Part shown: piece after piece, positions 56,459 through 64,000 of the stretch
Layout: each line of letters begins with the position of its first letter
Position numbering within the stretch: position 1 is the first letter of the stretch
Source: an uncultured Candidatus Micrarchaeota archaeon
GTDB taxonomy: Archaea > Micrarchaeota > Micrarchaeia > Anstonellales > J096
Direction of reading: 5' to 3'
DNA: 64,000 nt
NCBI GenBank assembly: GCA_938083015.1
Contig: CALKCX010000008.1
Span: 11,196-75,195, forward strand
Notes under the pieces: generated by a model
What the model was told of the DNA's origin: nothing
Seen by the model: only the letters and a program-made list of their open reading frames with translations
Databases searched by the model: none
Position numbers and translations under genes: made by a program

Positions 56459-57165
56459 GGTAACAATATACTACCTTGATGATCTTGATCTTGTATTATC
56501 TTCACAATATTCTCTATATTTGCATTTGTAAAATATATAGGTATACGTGATCTCTTTGCTATCTTTAAAGCGAATATATCAAATACGAAATTCTCTCCAG
56601 CTCTTCTCTCATCAAAATTATTTGCTATTTTAATAAATTCATCTATAGTTGTAGTTTTAATCAATTTTGCATCTTGATGTATATTAGGATTTTTATCGTA
56701 TAAATAAGCAGTATTAGATATGTTTATAATCTTACTAGCTCTTATAGATTCGGCAATTAAAGCAGCTACAGCATCAGTAGTAATACCAGGGAAAAAACCA
56801 CCACTGCATAACCAATCGTATTGATTTATAGCTATAGAGGCCTCTTCTGCATTGTATAAAAGTTTAGGATAAACTAATAGATCTTTCAATGAATATAAAA
56901 TTAAGGTTGCGTTTTTTCTAGTTTCCCATATTGCCAACATATCATTTTCATATTCTGTTAATCCTAATCTTCTTCCTTCTTCGATAAACTCTCTAGCTAG
57001 TCCACCACCACCTACTACAATTGCCCCTTTTATGTTTTGTAAGCTTTTTATAAAATTCAAGAATAGTTGTATGAATTCATGGTTTATACCTTTACCTTTC
57101 TCGTAGAATACACTTCCTCCTAAAGAAAAGACCAATCTATTCGAATATGATTGTTGTTGTTTCAT
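56455..57165 (-). CDS. pyrH: Uridylate kinase (archaeal type)
   Basis: LVFSLGGSVF, AIVVGGGGLAREF and WETRKNATL match archaeal UMP kinase. Confidence 0.75.
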   Translation of the reverse strand: MKQQQSYSNRLVFSLGGSVFYEKGKGINHEFIQLFLNFIKSLQNIKGAIVVGGGGLAREFIEEGRRLGLTEYENDMLAIWETRKNATLILYSLKDLLVYPKLLYNAEEASIAINQYDWLCSGGFFPGITTDAVAALIAESIRASKIINISNTAYLYDKNPNIHQDAKLIKTTTIDEFIKIANNFDERRAGENFVFDIFALKIAKRSRIPIYFTNANIENIVKIIQDQDHQGSILLP

Positions 57166-58090
57166 TCTCCCATACCTTTCTAATGTTTACATTATATATT
57201 TTCATTCTCTCGTATATTCCTTTCCTTGTACCTTGATCGTAATTCTTGAAACTACTTCCATCAGCTATCATATTTTTAGGTTTGAAGAATTCCATGTAAT
57301 TTATATATAAGTCGGGCACAAAGTAAATACCATAAGCATTCCAACTAAAGTAATTACAATTATGTTTATATCTTTGATCTATATTGAATCTTTGAAGACC
57401 ACCGTTTTCCACGTCTAATAACATGATAATACAGTTATTACCTTTACTGATCTTCAATATTAGCCCCATGTTTCCGGGATTGCTTTTTAAGTAATCCTCA
57501 CCAGCTTGTAATACTTCTATTTTATAATTAGCTATTTCAAGAACATCGCCTTTATCAAGATATATATCAAAACTACCGTTGTAATAATACATGATGTTTC
57601 TTGGAGCTATTGTTTTTCCTATTTCAAAATCTTTCTTAAGTCTATCTAATGTCTCAAAATTTAGATTTTTACCAGAAGGAATTATCACATATTCTATATC
57701 ATCACTATAAGATTTTATATAACTATAAGCTTTAGGATAACTTTCATTTGGTACACTCCATATGTATACATCTGAATCACCTCTTCTTAATAATACCAAT
57801 CTACCTTGTTTCTCTCCATAACCGACATTAAAGAATGTTATATAAAGAGGATCTCTATCCGAGAATGTATAATTTAACAAATTCTTAGCTCTAATTTCAG
57901 GTCTATCTCCCCAATCTATAGGCACATCTGTTTTATTATCTTTAGGAATATAGCTTACTTCTTCTTTTTCTCTTTCTTTTACTATATCTATTCCTCCTTT
58001 ATCTGTCTTATCTGTAATTGGAGTCTTATTAGACTGTGGTTCACCAATACATCCTAATAATAACAATATAGCTAACAATACCTTGATCAT
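57137..58090 (-). CDS. Lipobox-bearing secreted protein with degenerate ComEC-type metallo-beta-lactamase fold
   Basis: MIKVLLAILLLLGCIG (lipobox-like LLGC). LYITFFNVGYGEKQ parallels ComEC flDVGQGD, and GLILKISKGNNCIIMLLDVENGG parallels the ComEC l.l.yg..sfLftGD segment. The HxHxDH position reads IIPSGKNLNF. Confidence 0.45.
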   Translation of the reverse strand: MIKVLLAILLLLGCIGEPQSNKTPITDKTDKGGIDIVKEREKEEVSYIPKDNKTDVPIDWGDRPEIRAKNLLNYTFSDRDPLYITFFNVGYGEKQGRLVLLRRGDSDVYIWSVPNESYPKAYSYIKSYSDDIEYVIIPSGKNLNFETLDRLKKDFEIGKTIAPRNIMYYYNGSFDIYLDKGDVLEIANYKIEVLQAGEDYLKSNPGNMGLILKISKGNNCIIMLLDVENGGLQRFNIDQRYKHNCNYFSWNAYGIYFVPDLYINYMEFFKPKNMIADGSSFKNYDQGTRKGIYERMKIYNVNIRKVWENETTTIIFE

Positions 58091-58174
58091 GTTTTATTTA
58101 TCTTAATCTTTCTTTTAAATCATTTTCGTTAATCTTATCTCCGAACATTGTAAACAATTTTAAAATATGTTCTA

Positions 58175-58783
58175 TCATAGTATTGTAAACATCGGTTCTG
58201 TTTTAAAAAATATCTCTGATATCATCTGTTTACTCTTCAATATTTCTATGTCTTTATCAATTATTACATCAATTTCAAAATTCTTATGTTTCATCATATC
58301 TAAAGTACCTACTAGCATAAACACACCTCTTTGTATAGTTCTGGTCTGCATTACTTCTAAAAATTTTGATAGAGAATTAGCTTCGTTTTTTTCTAATGCT
58401 GAATCAACTGTTAGTATTACAGTAAATACCGGTATTGATAATTTTGATATTACAGAATTGTATTCATAAGATATATCATTTAGTAAGCTTGGCGAGTCTA
58501 TAAATATTACGCGATTATCTTCATATTCAACTCTATTTGATTTTGAATATGCATCTATGATTAGATTAAGACGATTAGGTACTCTAGATCTTCTTAGTTT
58601 TTGCTCTAATGTATACCAGCTTTCTCTAAATGTAATTAAAACATTATAACTTTCCTTGCCCATCATTGGAAATACGATATGACTGTTATAATTGTTAGAA
58701 GGGATTTTTACAAATATGCTGTCTCCTTCTCGAAATCCTCCGTCTAAAATATAATTAAGTTCTTCTAGAAAAGTCTCTATCAT
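58175..58783 (-). CDS. KaiC/RecA-like fold protein lacking a P-loop (hypothetical)
   Basis: LNYILDGGFREGDSIFVKIPSNNYNSH resembles the KaiC/RadA-like LD.lLgGGl..Gs...i.G..G..KT segment but has no GxxGxGKT. Confidence 0.35.
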   Translation of the reverse strand: MIETFLEELNYILDGGFREGDSIFVKIPSNNYNSHIVFPMMGKESYNVLITFRESWYTLEQKLRRSRVPNRLNLIIDAYSKSNRVEYEDNRVIFIDSPSLLNDISYEYNSVISKLSIPVFTVILTVDSALEKNEANSLSKFLEVMQTRTIQRGVFMLVGTLDMMKHKNFEIDVIIDKDIEILKSKQMISEIFFKTEPMFTIL

Positions 58784-59724
58784 GCTTTTCTCCTTTTCAT
58801 CTTATCTATAAAATTGAACAGCTCTTCACCGTATTCATTGCTTTTTGAAAACAATCTTTGCATCTCTCGATCTATTTGATTAAAATACTCTTCTAATCTA
58901 TTTTCCGTATACTCTATACCACCACCTTGTTCAATAAGCTCTATTGCCCTTCTTTTATCATCATCATTTGAGCTATGAGAATTTAGTATATTAATCAATT
59001 CATTTCTATGCTTTTCATCTAAATTACTAAGAGCGTGTACTACCATAAGCGTTCTCTTTCCTTCTGTTATATCATCTGCCCATTTCTTTCCATATTCTTC
59101 TGTAGCTTTTAGATTTAGTAAATCATCTTGTATTTGAAATGCCATTCCTATCAATCTACCTAGGCGAAAATAACTAGGATCGTCTTTACCAGCTAGATAT
59201 GCACCGATATGCATACTTAGACCAATCAAAGCACCTGTTTTTCTAGCTATCATCTGATAATATTGATCTTCATTTGGAAATTCACCTTTTTCTCTCCAAT
59301 ATATGTCCATTGCCTGTCCTTCTACTACTTGGGTAAACGTATCTATATAATCAATTCTCAATCTTTTATCATCTAATCTATTGATTAATGAAAGAACCAG
59401 AGTATATAAAGCATCTCCAGTATTTAAGGCCAATGGAATTCCATATTGAACATGCAATGTAGGCTTTCCTCTTCTTAATTCTGACCCATCTTCTATATCA
59501 TCATGTATCAATGTAAAAGAATGGAATAATTCTATTATAGCTCCATGATATAGTATGTCATGATAATAACCGGTAAAACTACCATATGTTAAAAATGTTA
59601 ACATTGGTCTAAATCTCTTCCCACCTCTAGATAAATACTCTCTAATTCCTAAGTACATAAGACTTTTATCTTCAGGCACTAAGGCATATAGATATTCGTT
59701 AAACAATTCTATATTGACTGGCAT
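58780..59724 (-). CDS. Polyprenyl (geranylgeranyl) diphosphate synthase
   Basis: FARM LIHDDIEDGSELRRGKPT and SARM FQIQDDLLN. The start is moved to ATG 59724 because the track N-terminus overlaps the divergent rplX gene. Confidence 0.88.
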   Translation of the reverse strand: MPVNIELFNEYLYALVPEDKSLMYLGIREYLSRGGKRFRPMLTFLTYGSFTGYYHDILYHGAIIELFHSFTLIHDDIEDGSELRRGKPTLHVQYGIPLALNTGDALYTLVLSLINRLDDKRLRIDYIDTFTQVVEGQAMDIYWREKGEFPNEDQYYQMIARKTGALIGLSMHIGAYLAGKDDPSYFRLGRLIGMAFQIQDDLLNLKATEEYGKKWADDITEGKRTLMVVHALSNLDEKHRNELINILNSHSSNDDDKRRAIELIEQGGGIEYTENRLEEYFNQIDREMQRLFSKSNEYGEELFNFIDKMKRRKA

Positions 59725-59775
59725 AAATCTATAATATGATAAACTTTTTAAATATTGTATAGTATTAAATCTAAC

Positions 59776-59955
59776 ATGCAGAAATTCATTATAAAGGCAA
59801 TCTATTTTGGTAAAATTCATGAACATAGAATTGAAGGGCATTCAGAAGCACATGCTATTAATAAATTCTACGGTATACTTGGATCAAAGAATAGATTAAC
59901 TAGATCTAAGATAAAAATATTAGAGGTGAAGACAGATGGAACAGAATCTAAATGA
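59776..59955 (+). CDS. rplX: Ribosomal protein LX (eL20/L18Ae family)
   Basis: ...EAHAINKFYGILGSKNRLTRSKIKILEVK matches the LX C-terminal pattern, and the conserved rplX-pfdA-ftsY order supports the call. Confidence 0.65.
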   Translation: MQKFIIKAIYFGKIHEHRIEGHSEAHAINKFYGILGSKNRLTRSKIKILEVKTDGTESK

Positions 59956-60319
59956 ACAAGCAACATTATTGAACAACCGATTGAATGAACTTAGAGCACA
60001 TCTACAAGTTATAGGTCAAGAAATTACAGATATAGACAGAGCTTTATTAACATTAGAAGGTTTAAAATCGAATTCTAAAATGATATTCAACATAGATAAA
60101 TTGATTATGGTAAAAACAGAACATCTTAAAATAGATAGTATGTATCTTGTAATAGATAATACGCATAGATTAGAGATGTCTCCAGAACAAGCTGAGAAAT
60201 ATTTAAAAGAAAGAAGAGAAAAACTAAAACAAAAATACGAAAACATGGAAAAAGAATTAAAAACTATTCAAGAGGAAATAGTAAAATTGTTAAAATCTAT
60301 GGGCAGAGATGCTAGATAA
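59936..60319 (+). CDS. pfdA: Prefoldin alpha subunit
   Basis: Coiled coil, beta-hairpin region, coiled coil. It sits between rplX and ftsY, with GAGGTGA upstream. Confidence 0.75.
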   Translation: MEQNLNEQATLLNNRLNELRAHLQVIGQEITDIDRALLTLEGLKSNSKMIFNIDKLIMVKTEHLKIDSMYLVIDNTHRLEMSPEQAEKYLKERREKLKQKYENMEKELKTIQEEIVKLLKSMGRDAR

Positions 60320-61193
60320 GTTAAAAAAAGCTTTTGATAGATTAATTGGTAAAGATAATTCTATAGGTTTAGTTAAAGAAGCTATAGCAGGTATAATACA
60401 GATAAGATTAAATCAATCTGAAATAGAGCGTATATCTAATCAATTGTTTTACGATTTATTAGATGCGGATGTACCATTTGAATTAGCAAGTTATATAAAA
60501 AAGCAATTAATCAAAGAATTGGAACAGAGTAGATTTAGTAAAGATTATAAACAAGAGATTAGAGAGATATTAAAAAGAATACTTTTACAATATATACGTA
60601 CAGCTTCTATTCCAGATAAAGGTATAATGATGTTAATAGGCCCTAATGGTTATGGTAAAACTACTACAGCTGTTAAAATAGGTTATATGTTAAAGAAATC
60701 TGGCAAGATTGTAAAGATAATCGGAGCAGATGTGTTTAGAGCAGCAGCTAGAGAACAATTAAAAGAATTAGCATCTAAATACAATATTGATTATTATATA
60801 GATCAATCTGATAGACCAATAAATACAATATATCGTGGTTTAATAGATAAACATAAATACGATTGGATTTTAATAGATACAGCAGGTAGACAAGATATGC
60901 GGGTGAATTTACTTAAAGAATTACAATCTATACAAGATAAGGTAAAACCAGATGTTACATTATATGTTGTTGAAAGCTCTGTAGGAAATTCTATTCTTAA
61001 TCAACTTAGAGATTATAGAAGATTTATTAAAATAGACGGTATAATCTATACTAAGATGGATTTAGATAGTGCAGGCGGTAGTATACTGGCAGCCGGATAT
61101 TACGATTTTCCAATATATTTTATTACTACAGGTCAAGATATAGATAGTATCGAAATTCCCAATCCTAATAGTCTTGTTGAAAGAATACTATGA
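60309..61193 (+). CDS. ftsY: SRP receptor FtsY
   Basis: LIGPNGYGKTTT, DTAGRQ and TKMD GTPase motifs. Confidence 0.9.
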   Translation: MLDKLKKAFDRLIGKDNSIGLVKEAIAGIIQIRLNQSEIERISNQLFYDLLDADVPFELASYIKKQLIKELEQSRFSKDYKQEIREILKRILLQYIRTASIPDKGIMMLIGPNGYGKTTTAVKIGYMLKKSGKIVKIIGADVFRAAAREQLKELASKYNIDYYIDQSDRPINTIYRGLIDKHKYDWILIDTAGRQDMRVNLLKELQSIQDKVKPDVTLYVVESSVGNSILNQLRDYRRFIKIDGIIYTKMDLDSAGGSILAAGYYDFPIYFITTGQDIDSIEIPNPNSLVERIL

Positions 61194-61510
61194 AAGTCGT
61201 AGATACTAGTTTTATGATAGAAGCTGTGAAGAAGAAAATACAGATTTTAGATAAAATACTAATACCTGGTTCTGTTTACAGAGAGATTAGAGCTATGGCA
61301 AGGAATAGGGGCAAGAAAGGTAGTTATGCTAGGACAGCATTAGATATTATAGCAAAAAATGGGTATGTAATACCAAGCAATCTTGAACCTGATCAAGCTG
61401 CTTTGGATGTTGCCAATAAATATGATCTTGAATTACTTACGTTTGATCTTAGATTAAAAAGTATGGCAAAGAGAAAAGGAGAGATAAAAGGCAATTATGT
61501 TGAATATTGA
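61190..61510 (+). CDS. Small PIN-domain-like protein
   Basis: MKVVDTSFMIE start and a distal acidic residue in LLTFD. Weak call. Confidence 0.4.
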   Translation: MKVVDTSFMIEAVKKKIQILDKILIPGSVYREIRAMARNRGKKGSYARTALDIIAKNGYVIPSNLEPDQAALDVANKYDLELLTFDLRLKSMAKRKGEIKGNYVEY

Positions 61511-62108
61511 ATTGCTTAGAATATTAGCTATGCTTACCATGTTTATAGATCATCTAGGAGTAGTATTAAGTATAGATTTATTTAGAATAATCGGAAGAAT
61601 CGCATTTCCAATATTCGGTTATATTTTAATAAGAAATTTAATTGAAAAGAATGTATATGAGAAATACTTAATAAGATTGTTGTTATTTGGTCTTATATCA
61701 CAATTTCCTTTTTATCTAATATCTGGTAGTATTATGTTAAACATAATGTTTCAATTCTTAGGCACAATTATGTTTTTAAAATCAGAAGATTGGAAAAAAT
61801 GGATGGGGTTTATTATAAGTATAATAAGCGACTACTCAATATTTGGTCTAATCTATATGATCTCTGTTTATAACTTCATAAAACATGGCAATTCTATAGA
61901 ATTATTATTGTCAAGTTTACTATTAAACATATCATTTCTAAATATTCTACATGTTTTAATAACGATATTGACAGTATTTTTCTTAATAAAATTTCATGAA
62001 AGATTAGAATTTAAAGGTAGAATACTTCCATATTATGTATTCTATCTATTCTATCCCGCCCATCTATTATTATTATATTGGGTGAAAATATGGTTAGACG
62101 TTTTTTAG
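61497..62108 (+). CDS. TraX-family polytopic membrane protein
   Basis: LRILAMLTMFIDHLG N-terminal signature and overall hydrophobic layout. Confidence 0.6.
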   Translation: MLNIELLRILAMLTMFIDHLGVVLSIDLFRIIGRIAFPIFGYILIRNLIEKNVYEKYLIRLLLFGLISQFPFYLISGSIMLNIMFQFLGTIMFLKSEDWKKWMGFIISIISDYSIFGLIYMISVYNFIKHGNSIELLLSSLLLNISFLNILHVLITILTVFFLIKFHERLEFKGRILPYYVFYLFYPAHLLLLYWVKIWLDVF

Positions 62109-62554
62109 CATTTGATGTTCAATCAAATAAATCAATAGACGATGTTTATAATTACTTTTCTAAAATACCACAAGTACGCATATCTAAATTTAGACATGTC
62201 ACATTGAGTTTTTTAGAAAACATAGATATCGATTTAGAATATTTAAAAAGCTTTTTCAATCAAAAGAAGGCATTCAAAGTACAATATCAAGGAATTGGGG
62301 GGTTTCCAAGATTAGATCGAGCTAGAGTAATCTGGATAGGTGTAAACATGGAATACGATATAATGAAAGATTTTAAATATCCGAAAAATGAAGTTTATCA
62401 TCTTACCATAGGTAGGACTAATAGCTTAGATTTGAGAAATTTAAATATTCCACAGATCATTCATGAGCATAAGGTAAACTTAATAAAATTATACCAGACG
62501 ATAATTCCAGGTAAAGAGTATAGAGAACTTATCTCTTTTTATCTTCAAGACTAA
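62090..62554 (+). CDS. thpR: 2H-phosphoesterase (RNA 2',3'-cyclic phosphodiesterase ThpR/LigT-like)
   Basis: Two HxT/S motifs, HVTLSF and HLTIGR. ATG 62090 is preceded by GGTGA. Confidence 0.7.
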   Translation: MVRRFLAFDVQSNKSIDDVYNYFSKIPQVRISKFRHVTLSFLENIDIDLEYLKSFFNQKKAFKVQYQGIGGFPRLDRARVIWIGVNMEYDIMKDFKYPKNEVYHLTIGRTNSLDLRNLNIPQIIHEHKVNLIKLYQTIIPGKEYRELISFYLQD

Positions 62555-62777
62555 ATAAGCTATACATATAAGATATTGCCGAAATATATAGAAGTTTTTT
62601 ATCTTCATCCAATATATATTGTTTTAAAAAATGAGATTCGTATGCTATTAAAGATAAAGATCCTAATAACACACCTGCCATAATATTACTTATTCTTAGC
62701 ATTCTAATTTTTAGATCTTCTTCAACATCAACATTTAATTTTTTATCTTGTTCTTGCTTTACTTGTAACTTGAGCAT
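62529..62777 (-). CDS. Small membrane protein (82 aa)
   Basis: ORF with one clear hydrophobic helix (IMAGVLLGSLSLIAY). Its 3' end overlaps thpR by 26 nt. Confidence 0.4.
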   Translation of the reverse strand: MLKLQVKQEQDKKLNVDVEEDLKIRMLRISNIMAGVLLGSLSLIAYESHFLKQYILDEDKKLLYISAISYMYSLFSLEDKKR

Positions 62778-62826
62778 ATATTTATAATAGCTAAATCTAT
62801 TAAAACACGATAGATAAAATATATGA

Positions 62827-62880
62827 AGATGATGAACCTTACGCAGCTCTGATAGGTGATGAGATGACTTGACGCTGAGT
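62827..62880 (+). ncRNA. C/D-box sRNA
   Basis: C ATGATGA 62829-62835, 13-nt guide, D' CTGA 62849-62852, TAGG spacer, C' TGATGA 62857-62862, 12-nt guide GATGACTTGACG, D CTGA 62875-62878. Confidence 0.8.
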
Positions 62881-62887
62881 GATTATT

Positions 62888-63679
62888 ATGAAGCTTAGAG
62901 ATATTCTAGGTTTGCCCATAACTTCATACGATATAATAGGAGATATAGCTTTAGTTCACATACCAGAAGAATACTTAGATAAATCTAAAGATATAGCATT
63001 GGCGATAATTAAAACACATCCTAGAGTTAAGACTGTATTTAGAAAAAGACCTGTAATAGGCGAGTATCGTACTAGAGAATTAGATCTTATATATGGAGAA
63101 GATAGAACTGAAACTATTACTAGAGAAAACGGTATTGTATTAAAATTAGACGTAGATCAAGTATTTTATTCTCCTAGAATGGCATACGATAGATTAAGAA
63201 TATCGTCTATGGTCAAAGACGGAGAACATGTATTTATACCATTTGCAGGAATAGGACCATATGCAATACTTATAGCAAAGACCCATAAGAATTGTAAAAT
63301 AATAGCAGTTGAAAAAAACCCTATAGCTGTTAAATACATGTATGAGAATATAAAATTGAATAAAGTGAAAAATATAGATGTGATTGAAGGCGATGTAATT
63401 GATGTAATAGATCGATATAAAGACTGGGCAGATAGAATAATAATGCCTTTACCTAAAGACGCTCATAACTATCTTGACCCTATATCAAATGTAGCTAAAG
63501 ATAAAGGTATTCTACATGTTTATCTCTTTGTAAATTCTTCTAATCCATTAGATCACGGATTAGAGTTGATAAAAACTAATCTTAAATCAAAATTTGAAAT
63601 AATCGAACATAGAAGACTAAGAAGTTATAGTAAAAGCATAGATGAATATGTATTTACGATTAGATTGTATAAAACTTAA
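62888..63679 (+). CDS. trm5: tRNA (guanine37-N1)-methyltransferase Trm5 / Taw22 (Met-10+ family)
   Basis: FYSPRMAYDRLRI and SAM motif FAGIGPYAI. The ATG is at 62888. Confidence 0.8.
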   Translation: MKLRDILGLPITSYDIIGDIALVHIPEEYLDKSKDIALAIIKTHPRVKTVFRKRPVIGEYRTRELDLIYGEDRTETITRENGIVLKLDVDQVFYSPRMAYDRLRISSMVKDGEHVFIPFAGIGPYAILIAKTHKNCKIIAVEKNPIAVKYMYENIKLNKVKNIDVIEGDVIDVIDRYKDWADRIIMPLPKDAHNYLDPISNVAKDKGILHVYLFVNSSNPLDHGLELIKTNLKSKFEIIEHRRLRSYSKSIDEYVFTIRLYKT

Positions 63680-64000
63680 AACTCTTCCTGGAACATATTT
63701 GATAGAATAGTACTAGCTTTATTAATAACAACGACTCCATCCGATATATGAATATCACCATTCTTACCATTAGGTAAAATAATTGTATAATCGCTTTTAA
63801 CTCTATTATCAAATATCCAAACCTTATCTTTGCGCGGATGAAATATTCTTATACCGGCTTTTGTAGTAGTATATGTATAATCCATACTATCGTAAACTGC
63901 CCATCCTTCTGGTATAATGGCATAAAAAGGCAATTCAACCTGTCCTTCTGATTTAATATGAAATATACGTGTTAATGCCGTATTTATCGGTATCGATATA
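63676..64000 (-). CDS. Hypothetical protein, 3' part (the frame stays open to the window end)
   Basis: The minus-strand frame reads ...ISIPINTALTRIFHIKSEGQVELPFYAIIPEGW... with no stop up to base 64000, so the track start at 63933 is a TTG inside a longer ORF. Confidence 0.5.
   Translation of the reverse strand, partial: ISIPINTALTRIFHIKSEGQVELPFYAIIPEGWAVYDSMDYTYTTTKAGIRIFHPRKDKVWIFDNRVKSDYTIILPNGKNGDIHISDGVVVINKASTILSNMFQEEF

Noticed and set aside
59725-59841. 5' extension of the polyprenyl synthase ORF and the 59755 start of the LX ORF.
   Set aside because: The two divergent ORFs would overlap each other. Internal ATGs at 59724 and 59776 leave a spacer of about 50 nt with TATA-like sequence and give sensible N-termini.
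61190-61510. PIN-like protein as a toxin of a toxin-antitoxin pair.
   Set aside because: There is no small antitoxin ORF upstream. The gene is ATGA-coupled to ftsY and followed by traX. The PIN call itself is weak.
1-64000. Search by eye for CRISPR arrays, long direct or inverted repeats, transposases, integrases and split tRNA halves.
   Set aside because: None were seen. The only GC-rich islands are the two intact tRNAs, the SRP RNA and the C/D sRNA boxes. A computational repeat search would be needed to be certain.

Overview
AT-rich, very gene-dense archaeal chromosomal segment. Clear archaeal housekeeping markers are present: thermosome, PolD small subunit, aIF5A, proteasome alpha, the L7Ae-S28e-L24e-ndk operon, LX-prefoldin alpha-FtsY, Elp3, Dph2, GatD, archease, a Sm protein and an ATP-dependent DNA ligase. 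I support about 80 CDS, 2 tRNAs (Val-UAC, Gly-UCC), one SRP (7S) RNA and three C/D-box sRNAs with the same core layout. I saw no CRISPR array, transposase, integrase or long repeat. Many genes overlap, including several convergent 3' overlaps. The RNA genes are strikingly GC-rich against the AT-rich background. Metabolism looks reduced and unknown membrane or secreted proteins are abundant. Together these suggest (inference only) a small-genome, probably thermophilic, DPANN/Nanoarchaeota-like archaeon. The best candidate for an undescribed system is a five-gene, translationally coupled membrane operon at 47660-53509. It is built around a VirB4/TraC-like ATPase, and its partners have layouts like VirB3 and a TraA/VirB2 propilin, which would fit a Ced/Ted- or T4SS-like translocation apparatus. 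Other leads: an orphan FlaI/VirB11-type ATPase operon that ends in a membrane-anchored nuclease (37656-41037); a LonB-like ATPase with no protease domain; an exported Lon-S16-like protease domain; a block of Cys-rich, sequon-rich surface proteins; and a lipobox-bearing, catalytically degenerate ComEC-type MBL protein. All functional calls come from motif recognition by eye. No database searches were run.
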